From the NCBI GenBank assembly GCA_038087875.1, contig CM075989.1, forward strand, positions 20,896,001-20,960,000: a DNA stretch of 64,000 nt. Reading direction: 5' to 3'. Positions 61,901 through 64,000 of this stretch are shown here, piece after piece. The DNA comes from Malacoraja senta. Its lineage: Eukaryota. A model generated the notes under the pieces. It saw nothing but the letters and a program-made list of their open reading frames with translations. It was not told where the DNA came from and did no database searches. A program made the translations under genes and the position numbers. How positions within the stretch are numbered: position 1 is the stretch's first letter; each line of letters begins with the position of its first letter.

Positions 61901-63809
61901 TTTTTGCAAAACCGCATCCGCGGTTCCTTGTGTCTACATTTCAATGAGGTGAGTTATTTCCATTCTGACTAGGGAATTTAGATTTGAAATCAAGGTACAT
62001 GTTCATCATGAAATCAAACAGCATCAGAATTGTGCGTCTTAACAGAAAATCAAGATGCATAAAAAAATGTTTATTGGAATTAATCAGGTTTACGTTTTTA
62101 ATAAGGGAACAGTTCCAATCAACTTAGACGCTTGAGTTAATTCAGTGAAATTACCTTTTTACCTCATGTAAATTGTCCCTAGTGTGTGTAGGATAGTGTT
62201 AACGTGCGGGGATCGCTGGTCGCAGTGGACTTGGTGGGCCGAAGGGCCTGTTTCTGTGCTGTATCTCTAAACTAAACTAAAACCCTTTGATATACATTCC
62301 TCCAACCAAGATTTCAGATACTTTCTTAGCATAATTTTTGGTCCGATTTTTAATATTAAATACACTTTATAAATGTGAGTTGTCATCGTGATTATGGAAA
62401 TGAATTTGGAACAATCCCTTTGAGAACTATAATTCAGCTTAAAGGCACATTTGTGAACATATGCTAATCACAAACAATAAAACAATGGCCGATAAAGATG
62501 TCTAGGTTAACTCTTGACAAAGCAAATATATCTTGCTGAGAGGAAATGTCATTCCTGCATCTGAATTTCTTAGGATACAGCAGGATGATCACCAAAGCCT
62601 AATTATAAAACAAAGCAGGCTGGAATAAAAGCAATCTACAGTAACTTCTCTTCATTTTGTGTTTTTTCATTGTTGAATAATGTAAATCAGCTGATTGTGC
62701 ATAAAATAATTTGCACAAATGTAATGGGATTCCAGACTTAGTTTAGTTTAGCCTAGAATCCCTAAGCTTAGTTCGAGATACAGTGCGGAAACAGGTCCTT
62801 CGGCCCACCGAGTCCAGGCCGACCAGCCCTCCCCATACACTAGCATTATCTCACACACACTGGGGACAATTTACAATTATACCAAGGCAATTAACCTACA
62901 AACCTGTACGTCTTTTGAGTGTGGGAGGAAACCGAAGCTCCCAGAGAAAACCCACGTAGGTCATGGGGAGAACGTACAAACTCCGTGCAGACAGCACCCA
63001 TAGTCTGGATTGAACCTGGGTCTCTAGCGCTGTAAGCGCTGTAAGGCTTTATCTAAGGCATTATCTCACTGATATTTGTGGAAGCTTTCTATTCATTTTA
63101 TAAGTCTCTTGTGTTTCTCCAAGCGTAAACAGAGATAGTTTAAATAGAATATCCTCCATTGAAAACATTATCTCTCAATTGAAACACAATGTTTGGGTTC
63201 GACAAAGTATCAAGATTCAATCCACATGAATTAGACTTAATCTTAAAGATAGCCTACCTGTAAATACACTTCAACATGATTGCCTGTATGTTATAAATAA
63301 CTCACTGACAGCAAGGAAACTTGAAATGGCCATAGAATGTTTTATAGATAATATGAATGAAAATTCCTTTGTTAACTTCTATCAACAGAAAGGGTGGTGG
63401 ATGTATGGGATGAGAGGCAGGGACGATCACAATGTTTATGAAGCAATCAGACAGGTACTTAAATAGGACAGGTTCAGGCCAAACACAGGCAAGTGGGGCT
63501 AGTGTGGATGGGACATGTTGGTCGTTGTTGGCCCAATTGGCCTGTTTCCACACTCTATGACTCTATAACACTTAGTTTCTAGATTCAAGTTCTGAACATG
63601 AAGTACTGATTTTACATCAGTTAGATCAACAGTGCTTTTATTGTTGACAGCATACAAGTGGTGTTTCTCCACAGTTATACCAATGTACATTGTAACTGGT
63701 AGGGATTCAATTGTATACTGGAAAATATTTATTTGTTATCCTGATGTTATACTGTTTAATTTGAAACAGACAGAAGAACCCTTTCTTTGCATTGGAAAGT
63801 TGGGGATCT

Positions 63810-64000
63810 ATTAACCAGTCTTCGTCGATGTAATCACAAAGAAAGCCCATCAATGCTTCTACTTCCTTAGAAGATTGTGGAGATTTAGTGTGTTGCCAAG
63901 TACTCTATTGAACCTCTACAGGTTAACGGTAGAAAGCATACTGACCGGTTGCATCATGGCCTGGTTCAGTAACTCGAACGCACAGGATCGAAGGAGGCTT
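63810..64000 (+). mobile_element. Rex1/Babar LINE fragment running off the window end
   Basis: Degenerate KKAHQCFYFLRRLWRF...NLYRLTVESILTGCIMAWFSN. Confidence 0.75.

Overview
Repeat-rich vertebrate genomic DNA, most likely a cartilaginous fish such as a skate or ray (inferred from HE1-like SINEs and CR1, Rex1/Babar and Penelope content). One host gene is present: an 8-exon alpha-arrestin, ARRDC4, on the minus strand (ATG 47982, stop 41019). It has a CpG-island promoter, a G-rich intron-1 minisatellite and a ~2 kb 3'UTR. As assembled, it carries two apparent 1-bp deletions, in exons 2 and 3. The rest of the window is transposon-derived. Most notable: (i) a ~200-bp TSD-flanked, (GAA)n-tailed retroposon at 10356-10557 whose 5' end folds as an HDV-like ribozyme closely resembling the mammalian CPEB3 ribozyme; (ii) many Penelope-derived termini with minimal hammerhead ribozyme cores; (iii) a transposon-like insert with an exon encoding a Spin/Ssty (spindlin Tudor)-like domain; (iv) non-autonomous Helitrons carrying a TATA-Inr promoter cassette. 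All family calls were made by eye and from memory; no searches were run, and most repeat boundaries are approximate.
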